Origin: Balanoglossus misakiensis | Lineage: Eukaryota; Animalia; Hemichordata | NCBI GenBank assembly: GCA_040954595.2 | Contig: CM082581.2 | Location: 10,291,099-10,355,098, forward strand | DNA: 64,000 nucleotides | Direction: 5' to 3' | Part shown: one piece after another, positions 35,101-47,800 of the stretch | Layout: every line of letters starts with the position of its first letter | Numbering within the stretch: position 1 is the first letter of the stretch | The notes under the pieces: model-generated | The model's database searches: none | Told to the model about the DNA's origin: nothing | Seen by the model: only the letters and a program-made list of their open reading frames with translations | Position numbers and translations under genes: made by a program

Positions 35101-38100
35101 GAACACGTAACCTGACAATTCCATGACATCAGCCGAGCCCTGCTTGCGTTACACTTGTGACAGTGATTCCCACAAAGATTCCATTTACACTCTGCAGTCA
35201 GTCGACCACGCGCCGTATAAATTTCGTGATGACTGTTTGAAATTTGGATCAAGGTATACGATACTACACTCTACGACACACTGCATCAGAAGTGACCTTT
35301 CAATGCAAAGTTTAATGTTTTCAGAGTTACAACTGGAAGAGTGGTGTCAATGTGCATTACCAATGTACCGTGTCAGTTCAGACGATGGATAAAAATTTAG
35401 GCACACATCTCGTTGCATCTCAGCTGGGTAACAGGCTGTGAATACAGTGTTTTGATTATTTGATGAGACAGTGTTCCATTTATAGAGTAGCCTTGCCAGC
35501 ATATTAACTATAAAGCATGCATTTGCGCCGCTGTCAGATCCATTTTTAGGGGATGCAATTCAAAGTTCCATAAAACTGGCACTCAGGCTGAACCACTACA
35601 GAATTCCTGTCATGTATTTTGTTATTTTACGATTATTGAATATATATCCCTGACCTAATTACTCTATAGTGCAGCCACTGCATCAGAGATGAAGAAAATG
35701 TAAGGGATTATTTGTAAAACATTTAAGTTCTGGAAGATTTTGCCAGCTTGTAATATATTTATAATAGTCACTGTAGAATGATGGTCACTTAGGTATATTC
35801 TCGATCTCAGACATGGCATTTACATAGAACAGGACCAATGCCCCCAAAACAACCATCTTCATTAAACTTCACATCAATAACCGAAATGTCAGACTGCCAT
35901 AGTGAAAGTCTGTTGTATAGTTAAAAGCCACGTTTCGTCACTTGAATGTCAAATGACAACATTTACGACAGGACGTGCCTGTGTAACAAATCAGAGTCGA
36001 TCAACAACTCGCACTAGTTTCCCCTGATCTTGTAACACATATCTGCAGATGTCAGCGAGACATGTACCCTCGGCACTGACAAGATTATCTTATTTCAGTC
36101 CTACTCATCAATATAGATCTGGTATCGCTGGATAAATCAGAGGCATAATGCATGGTTAGAATGGAATAATATTTGTCTGCTGTATAAACTACATCAGTCG
36201 AGTGACAAGGCAGTAAACACTGAGTGAAATTATAACTTCCCTTTCAAGTGTCAGCAATGTGGGTGCAATCGCACAGACTAGACTCTCTCAATCATTCGTG
36301 GGGTTGGAATTGTCAAGTCAATGTATACATTACATGTGAGGTATTAAAGGATTGCACACTGGTTTGGAGAATATTATGGTGTGCATAAAAATAGCAACAC
36401 ACATCAGAAATGTCAGCGAGTGAACTTTTCTGCTAAATTTCCTAAGTTGTTAAGATTGGTAAAGTAATAATATCCCATGATGCTATTACTAACAGAATAA
36501 GTGTACAATGTAAATTTCGATGATTGAAAGTTATTGAAAAGGACTTGCAGCCTCGCTGGGTTTTACCATAAGACTTAATAATTATCTGTATAAACCCCTT
36601 TCTGGATTCAGATTATTGAGATGCAACTGTTTTTAGAACATGCTCCTCAAGATGAATAGAATGAACAGCTTTAACATACAGCAACCTTGAGTTGTGATTG
36701 GCTTATCAGACCTGCCAATCACTTTACTGTCTTGTATTTAACCAGAAAAAAGCTTACACTTTATAAAGATCAGAAAGTTGCAGAATAAATCTTCTATCAA
36801 AAAAGCTGGCTGGTTTATCAAAACAACCATCAGAGTCTTTCATAGTCTGAATAAAGTTTTGATCTGAGATTTTTATCTCCAGGACAGAAAAAGAAATGGA
36901 CAGGAATGTCCTGTGACTTACAGTTCTACAGTATTTTCTGGGAAGACTTCCGGCACACTTTGGAGTCCCTTGGCTCTGCAGTCTACCACACCACCAACAC
37001 AGGAACACTTGGCTGGGCAGAGCGGTTCAATCTTACACAGCTGCGCGTGATCTCTTTCTAGTCCTGATGAGGCAAAAAAAGACAAGAAAATAGCCAGTGA
37101 ATCATCACAATTTGATAACACAGTACTTTTCAGACTTGAAGAAAGAAATTATTTAATGTTACCTGGTAATAACAAATTCTTATACTTTTACAACATCACT
37201 AGCAGTACTTTGGACTGTGATATTTTAGATTTGTTTACAAACTACTTCATCACTTGTCAATTAGTCTTAAAAAGTGAAGATGACTACAGTAATACAAACA
37301 TTAGCAGACATATATAGACACATTTCTCAGCCCCAGCTGCACACAACAAAAATTTACTGTTTAAACTACTCTCGGGTCAGTAACATAACCATGACTAGGA
37401 ATACACATTTTGAGACAGAAAAAACTTTCATGTTTCCCCTTTGGGTCACTATTCCTTGCTCATACAAGTTTTTCGCATCGTGTATAGTATAATCCATACA
37501 CCAGTTTGACACGCCAGAGTTGTGTATCTTTTCAATGGCATTCAGAATGCAGTTTTATGTAGTAGTTTATGAAACTGGTTACATAGGATATAGCCATTTT
37601 ATGAGTTCTCAGAGAATAAAAATAATCAGTCGCATCATGGTGTATGGGTAACGGCTAACATTAAAATTTATGTCATGTTCACTAGACTTCCGTTTAAACT
37701 TTTTCAGATAAGGGTATATACAGAAAAAAATCCCAGACTGATTTGTTATAAAAGTTAACTAACTCATGGAAGATGGAGAGATGGGTTTATTATAGCTGTA
37801 TGTGTAATATATTGTCAAAAATGTATGTAATGAACTCTCAGTGGTATGATCAATGTGAAAAGAAAAAAGCTTTCAGAAACCGCACTGATGTATTTTGAAG
37901 TAGAAAACAAATGTCCATCGTACAAAAAGTCGACAGAAAACACATCTGGGAAAGCTATTTACAGAAGCAAACCAGCTCAGTTTCTTTCTTTTTCTAAATT
38001 TACAAAGCATCTCATTTCAAGTGAGAAAAAAAGTAAAGTCCCAGCTGAGAGGACAAATGAGAATAGTGGCGGTTCTTCTTGTCAGCATTTCCCAGGCGAT

Positions 38101-41100
38101 GAAAGCGGGTCTTTTCTACCGTATTTACTAATAGCAAGCACATCTGCTGATTTGACGATTTTAAACATGCGACCGAACTGGTGAGAATTACAAAGAATAT
38201 TTAGAAGTGCATAGATATGCCTCCAGAGCACCTGATACATGTTTATTTAGTTTTAGCGCTCGTTTATGCCATTGTGCGGATAGAGAAAGGAAACTGGCGG
38301 ATTTCTTTCACATGGACACGTCCCATGTGTGGTTTATACTAAGCTTTCCTTGTTCACCTGAAGCACTACAAGCTGACTGTACATAAACTCAGTTTGGTCG
38401 GCAAACAAGGATGGGTGGCTGAAGTATTCCGCTAATTGTTTGGCGTGGGTGTCCGGGAATAATAGCCACCTTGCACATGTGTGTGTGAGGAGCCCCGGTT
38501 GATGTTAGAAAACAATGGTCGGTATTTTGGAACTGCTTAGGGGAAAGAAGATTTGCTTTCCATAAGAGGATTCCCTAATGTTAGAACAGTTGCTCCTCGC
38601 ACATGCTTTATAATTGTAAAGCTTTTGTTTCAGTGGTGTGTCATTGTAACCATGGCTGGCTGATTGTTTTGGAGTTTATTTTAAACTGACACTCCGTCAG
38701 AAAGCTGTTTCAAAGCTCCACCATCTGCAGGTCTGGTGGGAGGAATACTTCATTTCACTGCATAATAATTCTTCAACAAAGCTTCACACAGAGGCCCTTT
38801 CTTCGTGGCATTATTTTCCTCATTAGCCGCATAGCTTTATCCTCTACTTTGGGAATTGAGTTTACCCAATGGACTGGAAGGTACCCCTCTTTACAACTAG
38901 GTCGGGGTCCAGGAGTTTTCAATTTCAGCAATTTAGAGCGGGGACTGCGAGTTACTATGACAACTGGTCCCCCCTTGCTCTGGCCAGTGCTCAGAAGCAT
39001 GTATGGTTTATTGGAAAGAAATACACTTCAGGGGAATTCCATGAGGTCTTGATTAGTTACATTGTATGGGAGAGAATTTGACTAATTGGTTCCCCGAGGG
39101 CAGTGTCACTGACCAATATGATCCAAGATTAGTATCTGCAATCGCCCACTGAACGACAAACAAACAACCTTCAAATCAACAACATCTTAAACGCTCATTT
39201 AATACTTTCATCTCCGTAAACAAATGATCATCCGATGAGAAATTCAGATTTCACTGAAAAGACACTGGGAATTTCTTGAATTTTAGGGGCTGAGTGATGA
39301 ATTGTGAGTGATCGGTGATCCCCACTTCCCGAAGTACTCAACTTTACATCTTTCTCCGCACATACTGCTGTTCTTTAATCTCCATAACACGCTGGGCAAT
39401 AGTTAGATTTGATAGAGGATAATAAGCGACCAATGTGAAACTGATTACATGCTGCCAGTTTTCCAGACAAACATGCCCTGAGGACACAGAAACGAATTGG
39501 TTGGATTTGTAAAGGTTTTGCAGCTAGGTGAAAGTTCAGAGTTGAATTTAAAGCACATGTGTAGATCAAGGAGTGTACATGTATCTCCAGGTGGGATAAG
39601 GAGGGGAGGGGGAGATACTAAAGAAAGCGAGTGATGGCCATGAAATATATTGTGTAAATTACTTTTGCCATAGCCTAGAATCTAGTCTACGTAGTATTTG
39701 GCAGAGTTACGAGTTCTGCAACATTGACTGGTCAGATACTGAGCCATAAACAAGAACAAGAAGTTCCCCAACTCTCCGTTGCCTCACAAAAACTATGCCA
39801 TGGGAACATGTCAAAACAATAGCATGGGTAGATTACTAATTAAGCTAATTACATTTGATCTGTTTGTCCCTGACTAACCTAATTAGTCAGGGTTAATATA
39901 ATTGTCCCTTTCTTGTTTTAATGGGGCTGAATGGTGCTATTGTTTCCCTTGGAAACAAATCAAACACGCCCAATGTTTCACTCAATTCTTAGGTTTTGGT
40001 ACAGCTGTTTGCTACAACTGACATTGTGCATTATATTTTAGCACAGCATGAACATATCTAAAAAAACATTGCAGTTCTGTCAACTTAGTCTTGTTTATCA
40101 CTGTTTACATGTTAATTACACCAAACATTTGATAAGCAGTATAATTCTTATTGGTGTTTGCACTAATCATTAAACTTTTGAATAGACGTATTTGTTGTGA
40201 AGCCACAAGACTACAAGTTGCACTAAGTTATGAACAACTGGCTTCCTACTAGTCCTGATTCTCCATTCAGAATCATGATCCAAGTTGCATTTTCTGTGTT
40301 CCTTTTCTTTTAAGAAATTTAACCCATTGTGCAACTTGAAATGAATTTCATCCATTGGAAATCTACACAGACAGATCAGCCTTCAATACAGCACACCTAC
40401 AAGCTGATGCACAAATCCCTAAGATTCTCAGGCAGATCTAACACACTGTATTTTCAGTTAACATGTAAACCTATTGGGCTGACTCTGAAATACGCATCCA
40501 CCAAGACGTATTCTCCATTGAAGTGCCGGCTAAAAGGTACTCGTATGTTAGCAGTTAAAGATGCTCACAATGTTCTTTGCACACTTGAACTGGAGTAAAT
40601 CTAAACGTACAATTGCCACTTTAAATACACATTTTTTCACACGAGGAGTAGACGGTAATCAAATGCACAGAGCAATTGCCGATACCGTACCCTGGATGTA
40701 AAACCCCATGAAAGATAGGTTTTCACTCCATTGTTGCGCGTTAGATGAACGAATACAAAATGGAATCATTTTTCAACGGCACTTCTTGGGTATGGTGGTC
40801 ATATAATACACGGCAAACGTCACATTCATGACTCATTACCTTTATGAGTGTGCCCAAAGGGCTAAAGTAATTCTTTGTTTCCAAACTTTGTTGCTCATTT
40901 TAAAACACCATGTTCATTTTACCACTTGGGTTTCATTGAACTTGTCCTATATCATTTTCAGTCTGGCAACTTCGTCTCCTCACGTAGACACACACATTTT
41001 TTTTTTGACAATTCTCACCATTGCATTGAAAATCCACATCCTGAAGCTCAGCAACTTTAACACCATTCAGGCCCCTGGGAGCTGAACATCTTGTGAAGAG

Positions 41101-41880
41101 CGCCAAAGTTGGGTGCATTCGCAAATAGCGTCCCAACCACAGCAGATGACAATCACAGGAGAGATCATTGTATGCCATTCTCCTGCAGAGGGACAAAGGC
41201 AAAAGTTTGAATTTGTTGGATTAGAACCTATAAATAATACTGAATTTTAACTTGAACTATAATGACTTTTTAATCATTTTTACAATTTCTAAAGACAGAC
41301 ATTTGAAATGTCTCTTTAAAAGTGCATTGGTTTTTCTTTTCATCACAATGGCAATAAACTGATAAATGAATTCCCAGTTGTACAATTATGATAATTAACT
41401 TACAAAGTTCGCATTTTTGTCATATGCGCCAACGCATTCAGCTCCAACGTTGTGATGTTGTTGTTGTTGATAGTCCTATGTAGAGATGACATCATTATTG
41501 GAAATGAACAAAATATAATTTCTAGAAGTATATTACGGTACAGGTATACATATATTATAAGTGAAGAAACACCTTAACTATTCTTCATCACTACTTACAG
41601 GATTTCCAGGTTTCTGAGTGGCCTTAAAGCTCCCTTATGAACACAGGAAATTTGATTATGATCCAGTTGCCTATTGGAAAGAAAAAAAATACTGTTGAGA
41701 CATACTGCAACCATGAAGGCATTATTATCAGGCTTTTTCTTATACATTCAGAAGGAGTAGTAGATTTAACTATGTGTGTGTGATGTGTGGTTAATACTTC
41801 AAACTTACAAGTTTGACATGTGGCTTGCTCCTCTGAACTGTTTCCTGTGGATTATCACCAGATCATTGTAACTCAAATCC
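20126..41880 (-). CDS. SLIT: Slit axon-guidance ligand, 5'-partial (signal peptide and first D1 repeats lie beyond the window)
   Basis: 30 exons. D1: 41809-41880, 41599-41670, 41404-41475, 41019-41182. D2: 36922-37063, 34267-34338, 34042-34113, 33129-33272, 32651-32722, 29531-29697. D3: 29137-29287, 28894-28968, 28670-28741, 27630-27701, 26461-26532, 25979-26050, 25686-25849. D4: 25175-25310, 24988-25053, 24771-24842, 24278-24349, 24120-24191, 23651-23722, 23291-23454. EGF1-6/LamG: 22720-22933, 22343-22482, 22101-22194, 21111-21853. LamG end and EGF7: 20706-20915. Cystine knot and stop: 20126-20358. Diagnostic peptides [48 protein letters not shown] and the QQ-TSPC cleavage site. Confidence 0.97.
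21022..21075. mobile_element. Tc1/mariner-type MITE end (remnant)
   Basis: Repeated TTAGACAG subterminal motif ending AGGTTTCACTGT; same family as 51381-51462 and the inverse end TACAGTGAAACCTGT at 24456-24470. Confidence 0.5.
24120..24191 (-). CDS. SLIT: Slit D4 LRR exon copy B ([24 protein letters not shown]), paralogue of copy A
   Basis: 72 nt, phase 2-2, CTTTTAG acceptor and GTAAGT donor, open frame, same LSYN..I.CI.P..F.GL.SL..L pattern. Confidence 0.88.
24278..24349 (-). CDS. SLIT: Slit D4 LRR exon copy A ([24 protein letters not shown])
   Basis: 72 nt, phase 2-2, TTTCTAG acceptor and GTAAGT donor; closest to vertebrate [24 protein letters not shown]. Confidence 0.9.
26335..26433. mobile_element. 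Foldback / MITE-like inverted repeat
   Basis: TCAATCTGAGTAAAATCCGTTGTAGAGAT pairs with ATCTCTACGTCTGATTTTAGTCAGATTGA (25/29 complementary) around a ~41-nt spacer. Confidence 0.6.
26564..26852. mobile_element. Degenerate TA-flanked MITE hosting a nested insertion
   Basis: Left TACTGTAAAAGC...ATTTTCACTTGGATTT and right AAATCCAAGCGAAAAT...GCTTTTACAATA are imperfect inverted termini. Confidence 0.55.
26641..26732. mobile_element. piggyBac-like MITE (TTAA target site, CCCTTTCAC termini), copy 1
   Basis: TTAA-CCCTTTCAC...GTGAAAGGG-TTAA with an internal GGTCCAA...TTGGACC inverted pair; homologous copy at 54015-54107. Confidence 0.8.
27498..27592. mobile_element. Decayed hairpin MITE, possibly related to the TTAA family
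   Basis: CCTTCTAAACCCAATTTTTGAGTAC is imperfectly complementary to GTACTCATAAAAAAGGGGTGGAGGG; internal GGTCCAA motif. Confidence 0.4.
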
Positions 41881-44800
41881 CTGTGAAGAAAAAAAGAAAA
41901 GCACAAATAATCATTAGTCTTGAGCCACTATTACCTTGGCGAAAAATTACTCAATACATCAATATAGAAGCACTGACTTATTAAAATCCACAAAAAAGTT
42001 TGTTTTCACCAGGTAAAAGTTATTCAAGGGACTTGATGAGTCAAAGTGTTGCTCAAATCGTGTTGAACAGCACAAGAGTCATACTTTTTATTGTAGAATC
42101 TTATTTTAGCTCGTTGCATATAATGTGTGGGTATTTATCTTATCTGTTGGACGATATCACCTCAAAAATGTTGTTTGTTGCCTCTTGTGGTTATGTTCGT
42201 ACAAACTTTATAAGATCAAATTCAGGTCACTCAAAACTACATTGTGGAACTTTTGTGTTCAATCCTGTTTTAAAATGCTATTAGTGCAACCTTAGTAAGC
42301 CTAAGTTTGTTGACAAACTCTAAAAACACCAGAAACTAAAGAGACAAACTTGAAAATCTTATCTTTTTGGGGTTCTGCTTTGTTAGGCGTGAAGTATGGA
42401 GTGTAAAGAACACGTACACTTAGCGTATTAGTTTTAACTTTAGCCAGATTTAAATTTAGAATCTGCCGGTATGCATACAGTATTATTGGCTTGTGTCTTA
42501 TGGTATGAAAATGTAATTCTACCCAGGTAAACAATAGAGGCTTAATTGTAGAGCAAACATACAGTGAACATGCCTGAGTAAATGCGCCATTAAATTATTT
42601 TACTCTCTCTCTGAATGAGCAGTCATGATCAAGTTCAAATTTGCTGACCATTGAAAACAAATGAAATAATTGCTCTGTGTTGTAACCATGGTTTTCAGGC
42701 CAATGGAACGCATGATTGCCGAGAAACCGTGTTATGATTGTGATTAACTCTAAATCTTGGACTTCACAAACTGGCATGTGTGGTGTTAGAATCAATAGTG
42801 GAATATGGATTTTTCATCACCACTTTTAGCTCTTTGCTCATGTAGTTATCATGCCGGAAGCCTTACATTTACTCTGGTAAACCCATGTTCATTTATAAGA
42901 TTAGATTGGAATAAATTCCTCAGAAGTGTTGCCAACCGGTGTGGGCTGTTCAAAATTTATCTCTTCAAAGAGTACTACAGAGCTAAAAACCTAGATCCAT
43001 GGAATTAGTTGCTAGGCAGCAGTTGCTAGGTTGTATTTCAGGGGATTTCAAAACCAATTCCAAAGAGTACTTAGTACACATGGTCATTTCCTCGGCAGTT
43101 ATGTCAAGATTATGGCCACTTTGAGATGTATGGTTTCTTTAGCAAATATGAGATCCAATGTAAAACACCAAAGTTTCAACTGGATTCGACAACAGATGGA
43201 AACATTTGGGGTTCACTCAAAACTAGGGATATTTCACAAATGGAATCACTTTCGTTGGATAAATCAAAGTGAATCCATCTGTATAGGCTGTCGTGCCCAT
43301 CCAGCACTAAATAGTAATTTGTTTTTGCTGCGTCTGATAATTCACTAGCTCTATACTGCCATGCTTCTTGGCAAGTATAAATAAATATTTGAGTAGTTTT
43401 CTCATTGGCCATTCTTCCCCATGTTTCCTCTCTCATTACAAGCATCGAAGTAGATTACTTTTTGTCAGGCCAAGTCATGTGGTTGTAATTTGGAGCAATG
43501 ATAAATTACCATTGGGTTTTAGCGTTTATTGAGATATCTCTGGCGACTGATAATCGACAAGCATGACCGGACTTACATCTAGCAAAGTCCAAGGCATTTC
43601 AGTCATGGAGTGTTTGACTCAGAGCTTTGATTTTCAAACGCTTTAAGGATAGAACACCCCTGGGAAGGATTTTCAGGGAACAAAATAAAATCCTTCAAAT
43701 CTTTGCACTTTTGCTGTATTAATCTTGTTTGAAATGATGTTGAGAACTAAACAGGCCTATATTTTTTCTCTAATTTTTATTTTTTATTTATTATTTTCAT
43801 TATTTGCAGTGTTCATTTGGGGGTTTTGAATGCAAAGTTATTGCACTGCATTGTGGGTAATGTGAATTCTCTGCTGTCATGACCTCATTCATGAATGTTA
43901 AAGTTTTCAATATGGATATGGTCAATCGAACTTTTGTTTTGAAATTCAGGACCTGGTTGTTGTTGTTGTCAACTGCTCTGATGGTGTAAACATGTTTATA
44001 AATATTTTGTTTTTCAATGCCAGACACTTATCACTTGGTGCTCTGTGGATAAAATACCAATAAGACAACACATTAAACTACAGTTCATTTGAAATGTCAT
44101 CACACAGCAGGGAAATGAACACGATAACCTGCTCAGTGCTTTGATGGAGGCTCCTTGGCATGTTAAGTACCATCGTGTCAGTATCAGTGGAATTATCAGT
44201 ATGACAACAATAACACCAGTACATATCACATTCTGTAACATATATGCTGAACATCGCAGTTGATTTCAGAGATCTCAACGCATTTCAATCCATATTCTAG
44301 GATGTCGTCAGTGTTTCTATAATCGATTTTTACTGTGAGCTTATCAATACTGTACACATCATCCCATTTTTCAGTGTCTCAGACCTAAAATTCCATTTTC
44401 TTGGTGAGACAACTTTTCTCCGCCATCATATACAAGTAGTCATTATCATTTGATTTGACGTGTTAGCCTTAATTAATGTCCTCCAGAGGGCTGTGCTGAA
44501 ATCACCAAAGCTAATTTCACGAGCGCAGGGTGTGAAAAAAAAAAATCAGTGTCTCCTGAGATCTCGCTTTGATTCTAGTTTCAACTCACATATAGGGCAT
44601 TAAACTGCAATGAGAAGGAGTTCAGACACTACACTGTACACGTTCATTGCAGGTGAATTTAACCTCATTTCGAACAAAAATTTAGGATCCCTAATTTCAG
44701 AATAAAGGTCAGTGATTTTAAGTGTTATTGTCTCTTCAAAGTGAGCAGCAGGCCATTGAAACCTGCCCAGTAACATTGGGATTACTGAATACAGGCTTTG

Positions 44801-47800
44801 TACTGTATTTCTGATAACCCTTCGAAGAGATTTAATGCCTGCTTCAAAACTCAGTAACAGATTGACAGCATACTCGATGATACTGCCCAAAAACACTTCA
44901 TAAGGGTGTAGATTAATTTCATGATCATTCTTTGGAATTAAATACAGGTGTCATGACATTTTGTAGGTGTAGGGTTGATTGATTTATTGACAAGAGTGAC
45001 AAAAAGATCTTTCTTTGGTTAAACAGGGGGTATTAGAAAGACAAACACACTGATCATAGAAACAAATCTTACTGCTTCAAGGAGAGGGATATAGATGATT
45101 CTGTGACGTGTCTGATAAATACGGGGTTATCGCAGGATCAAGAACTGTATTTGTGGAGTGGTGAGTTAAGTGGTCACTTTTTTGGGCTGCGTAGTGGACT
45201 TACAACAATTGTTTGATTGTCAAGCGATGTCAGTAAATATGTTATACTGCAGTTGGTGACCACTCCAAAGTAAACACCCTGTGTGTGGAAACCACTTGAG
45301 AAATATGTAACTGTACTACACACACCAGACAGGTGTCTCCGCTGTCATGGTTACATCATACAAGCACTACTTGAGTTGTAGGGTGTGTCTGATGATGACA
45401 AACTTACGCCCCGATATACTCAAGTCCATCACTTCAGAGTCACTAAATCTAGATCAACTTCTCTTTGTTCCTATTACGCAAATATTTGTGACAGCGAACA
45501 AACAATCAGTAGATATATGTGCACGTTTGGGTGAAAATTTATGTACATGTGCCAACATACTGTACATTCTGGCTTGTTCTCATTACAAAATGGCAAATGC
45601 ACTATCCTCAAAGAAGAAAATCAGTATAAGTTTGATTTTATGTTGGATGATTTAAAACTTCTCACAATTAAAGAGCCATGCAAGTAAACTTTCTTGTTTT
45701 TATTTCTAGGATTACGTGTACCGATATAACTCTGTTACATAGCATGAGAAATGTTTATCCTGAAGTTTGTCCCGAGTAACAAAAACAGCCTTTTTAGTGT
45801 GGAATGCAGTATCTTCACATTGAAAAGACAGTCTCTTTGCCACAGATATTCTACTTTGCATTTCTGTGTGTCCAGCATTGAAGACCAATACCTATTAGTC
45901 GAATGATACATAGTATCGCCTTTTAGACTTTAACCATGTTTGTGTTCTCTGCATTACACCCTTAAAAGTAGTATTTTGTGAAACACTAGCTGTAGTTACA
46001 TACCATAATGGGTCTGACAAGAAACTCTAGCCCTTACAAATGGCACTTTTGTTTCTTTTCAAAATCAGAGAATGGCTATTTTTGTCAATGTTTTAGTCCT
46101 ACCAAATGATACTTGTTTTGGTCTGTCTGTGACGGTGTCACCACAGATCTTGTTTAAGCCCCTCTGTTGCTAAATTTAGTGTTTTCCTCATTCATGCTAA
46201 CTCGGCTTGACATATTATTATCCAAGACAAAACCTAGTGGAACTGCTGTGAAAACAAGATACTCCTGTGTAAGCCTTCCGTGTAAAATGTAAAAATATCT
46301 GCAGCTGGTTATGCATGTGTGTCTTGAAATGCTTTTTGCTGGGGAGGGCTGGAAACCTGATGTTGTTCTCCGAAAACAGCAGTGATTCTGTTGTAAGGTG
46401 TTGTATGCATGTGCTGAAAATCACTGTTTATATCAGTGTAAGAGAATCTACTCTTAATTCCAAGTCAAAATTTTAAAAATCCTAAAAAAAATTGATATTA
46501 ATATAAATTAAAAAAATAAGTAAATTAATCTAACATTTCATGTTATTCAATTTATTGACCCCAATGGGATTTTCCACACGTTCATGGCTCTTTTGCTGTA
46601 CATTATTTATGTTGTTGTGATTAAATTAACTATAGAAGAATTGTTTTATACTTTATGCTCCAAAAAGTGGATTATCCATTAATTTCATCATTAAAAGTTT
46701 CTTAATTTATCATGAGGAGAAACCTATAAGCACACAGAAAAAGTTCTACGTTGGTTGGAATGTTTCAAGGAAAGCCTTAAGGCAGTACGTGGCACTGATA
46801 GGTTACATTGGGGAGTGTTGACATCCTCCTTCTGTGGAAATTAAAGACAACATATGCTCAGCATGACAGCCGTGTTTTGAAAGACAAAACCACCGTTCCA
46901 CCCCGGGGACCAGGTAGAACGCCGACTCTGCTTCGTTTCTATGGCGACACTGCAGACTAACCCTGATTATGAATGATTAAACATTGAAACATGAACTGTG
47001 AAGATCTTCGCCGCCAATTTCTCCGCTGTCAGACTTTGCAGTATCGGGGAATTTAACAAGATGCGAGATGTCCGGGTATTGAGTTTCTCACAATTAAACT
47101 CTGAAATTTGAACCATAATTTGTTTGATTTCTTTTTACTTCTGCTTGCTGTAGTATTCAGAGTTTAATTGATGGTTTGGGTTTTACAGAAATGAAAGAAA
47201 GAGAACTTAAACTGATCCTGCAAACAATGCTATAGCTGTCTGTTCTATTTTTCGTGCGTAAAATTTATGATAAATATGCTTTTATAATCCCAGTGGTTGT
47301 GTTGAAGATATCAACACCAAGCCCGAAATAGTCATCATACATCGTAACTGTCGGTGCATCCCTTTCTTCCTCTCAGAATAACATTCGTTGAATGACATTT
47401 TCCCAGTAAATCATACAGCTGTTTCAGCTTTCAATCATCACATGCTGAAGATAATCTTCATGGGAGAACTTTTTGAAAAGTTCGGTTCTTTTACAGTTCG
47501 TGAACTTCTCAGCCGGTGTTAATGAGAACTAACAGTCACTGTACCCATCTGTGACGTGTATCGTATACGACTGTCAAGCGTGGTTAGAAATTAAGAGGAT
47601 TTACAGCTTTTCTGTCATAAGATCAGGTGTACTTAATAATAAGGAACTATTTTATAGCACCATAACATTTATTTTGAAGCACAGAAGAGTAAAATGATAT
47701 CCTTTTTATCAACATTGATTTATAGAAATGATATTTTTGGAAGGGAATTTTCGAAGTTCTAGCTGTTCCGGAAAGATTTCGTAAGGATCACAGTGGCACG

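Noticed and set aside
36151-36160. CATGGTTAGA, a partial reverse-complement match to miR-218 (intronic in vertebrate SLIT2/3)
   Set aside because: Only 10 nt match, the seed region is absent and there is no precursor hairpin. The short intron after the D2 C-cap (29288-29530) also shows no miR-218.
38773-39081. Three overlapping 67-75 aa ORFs in a Slit intron as a nested gene exon
   Set aside because: No recognisable domain and no convincing splice-site pair; the locally higher GC content explains the open frames.
45408-45470. AG...GTAAGT-bounded segment considered as the missing Slit exon 4
   Set aside because: 63 nt, with stops in all three frames and no LRR pattern.
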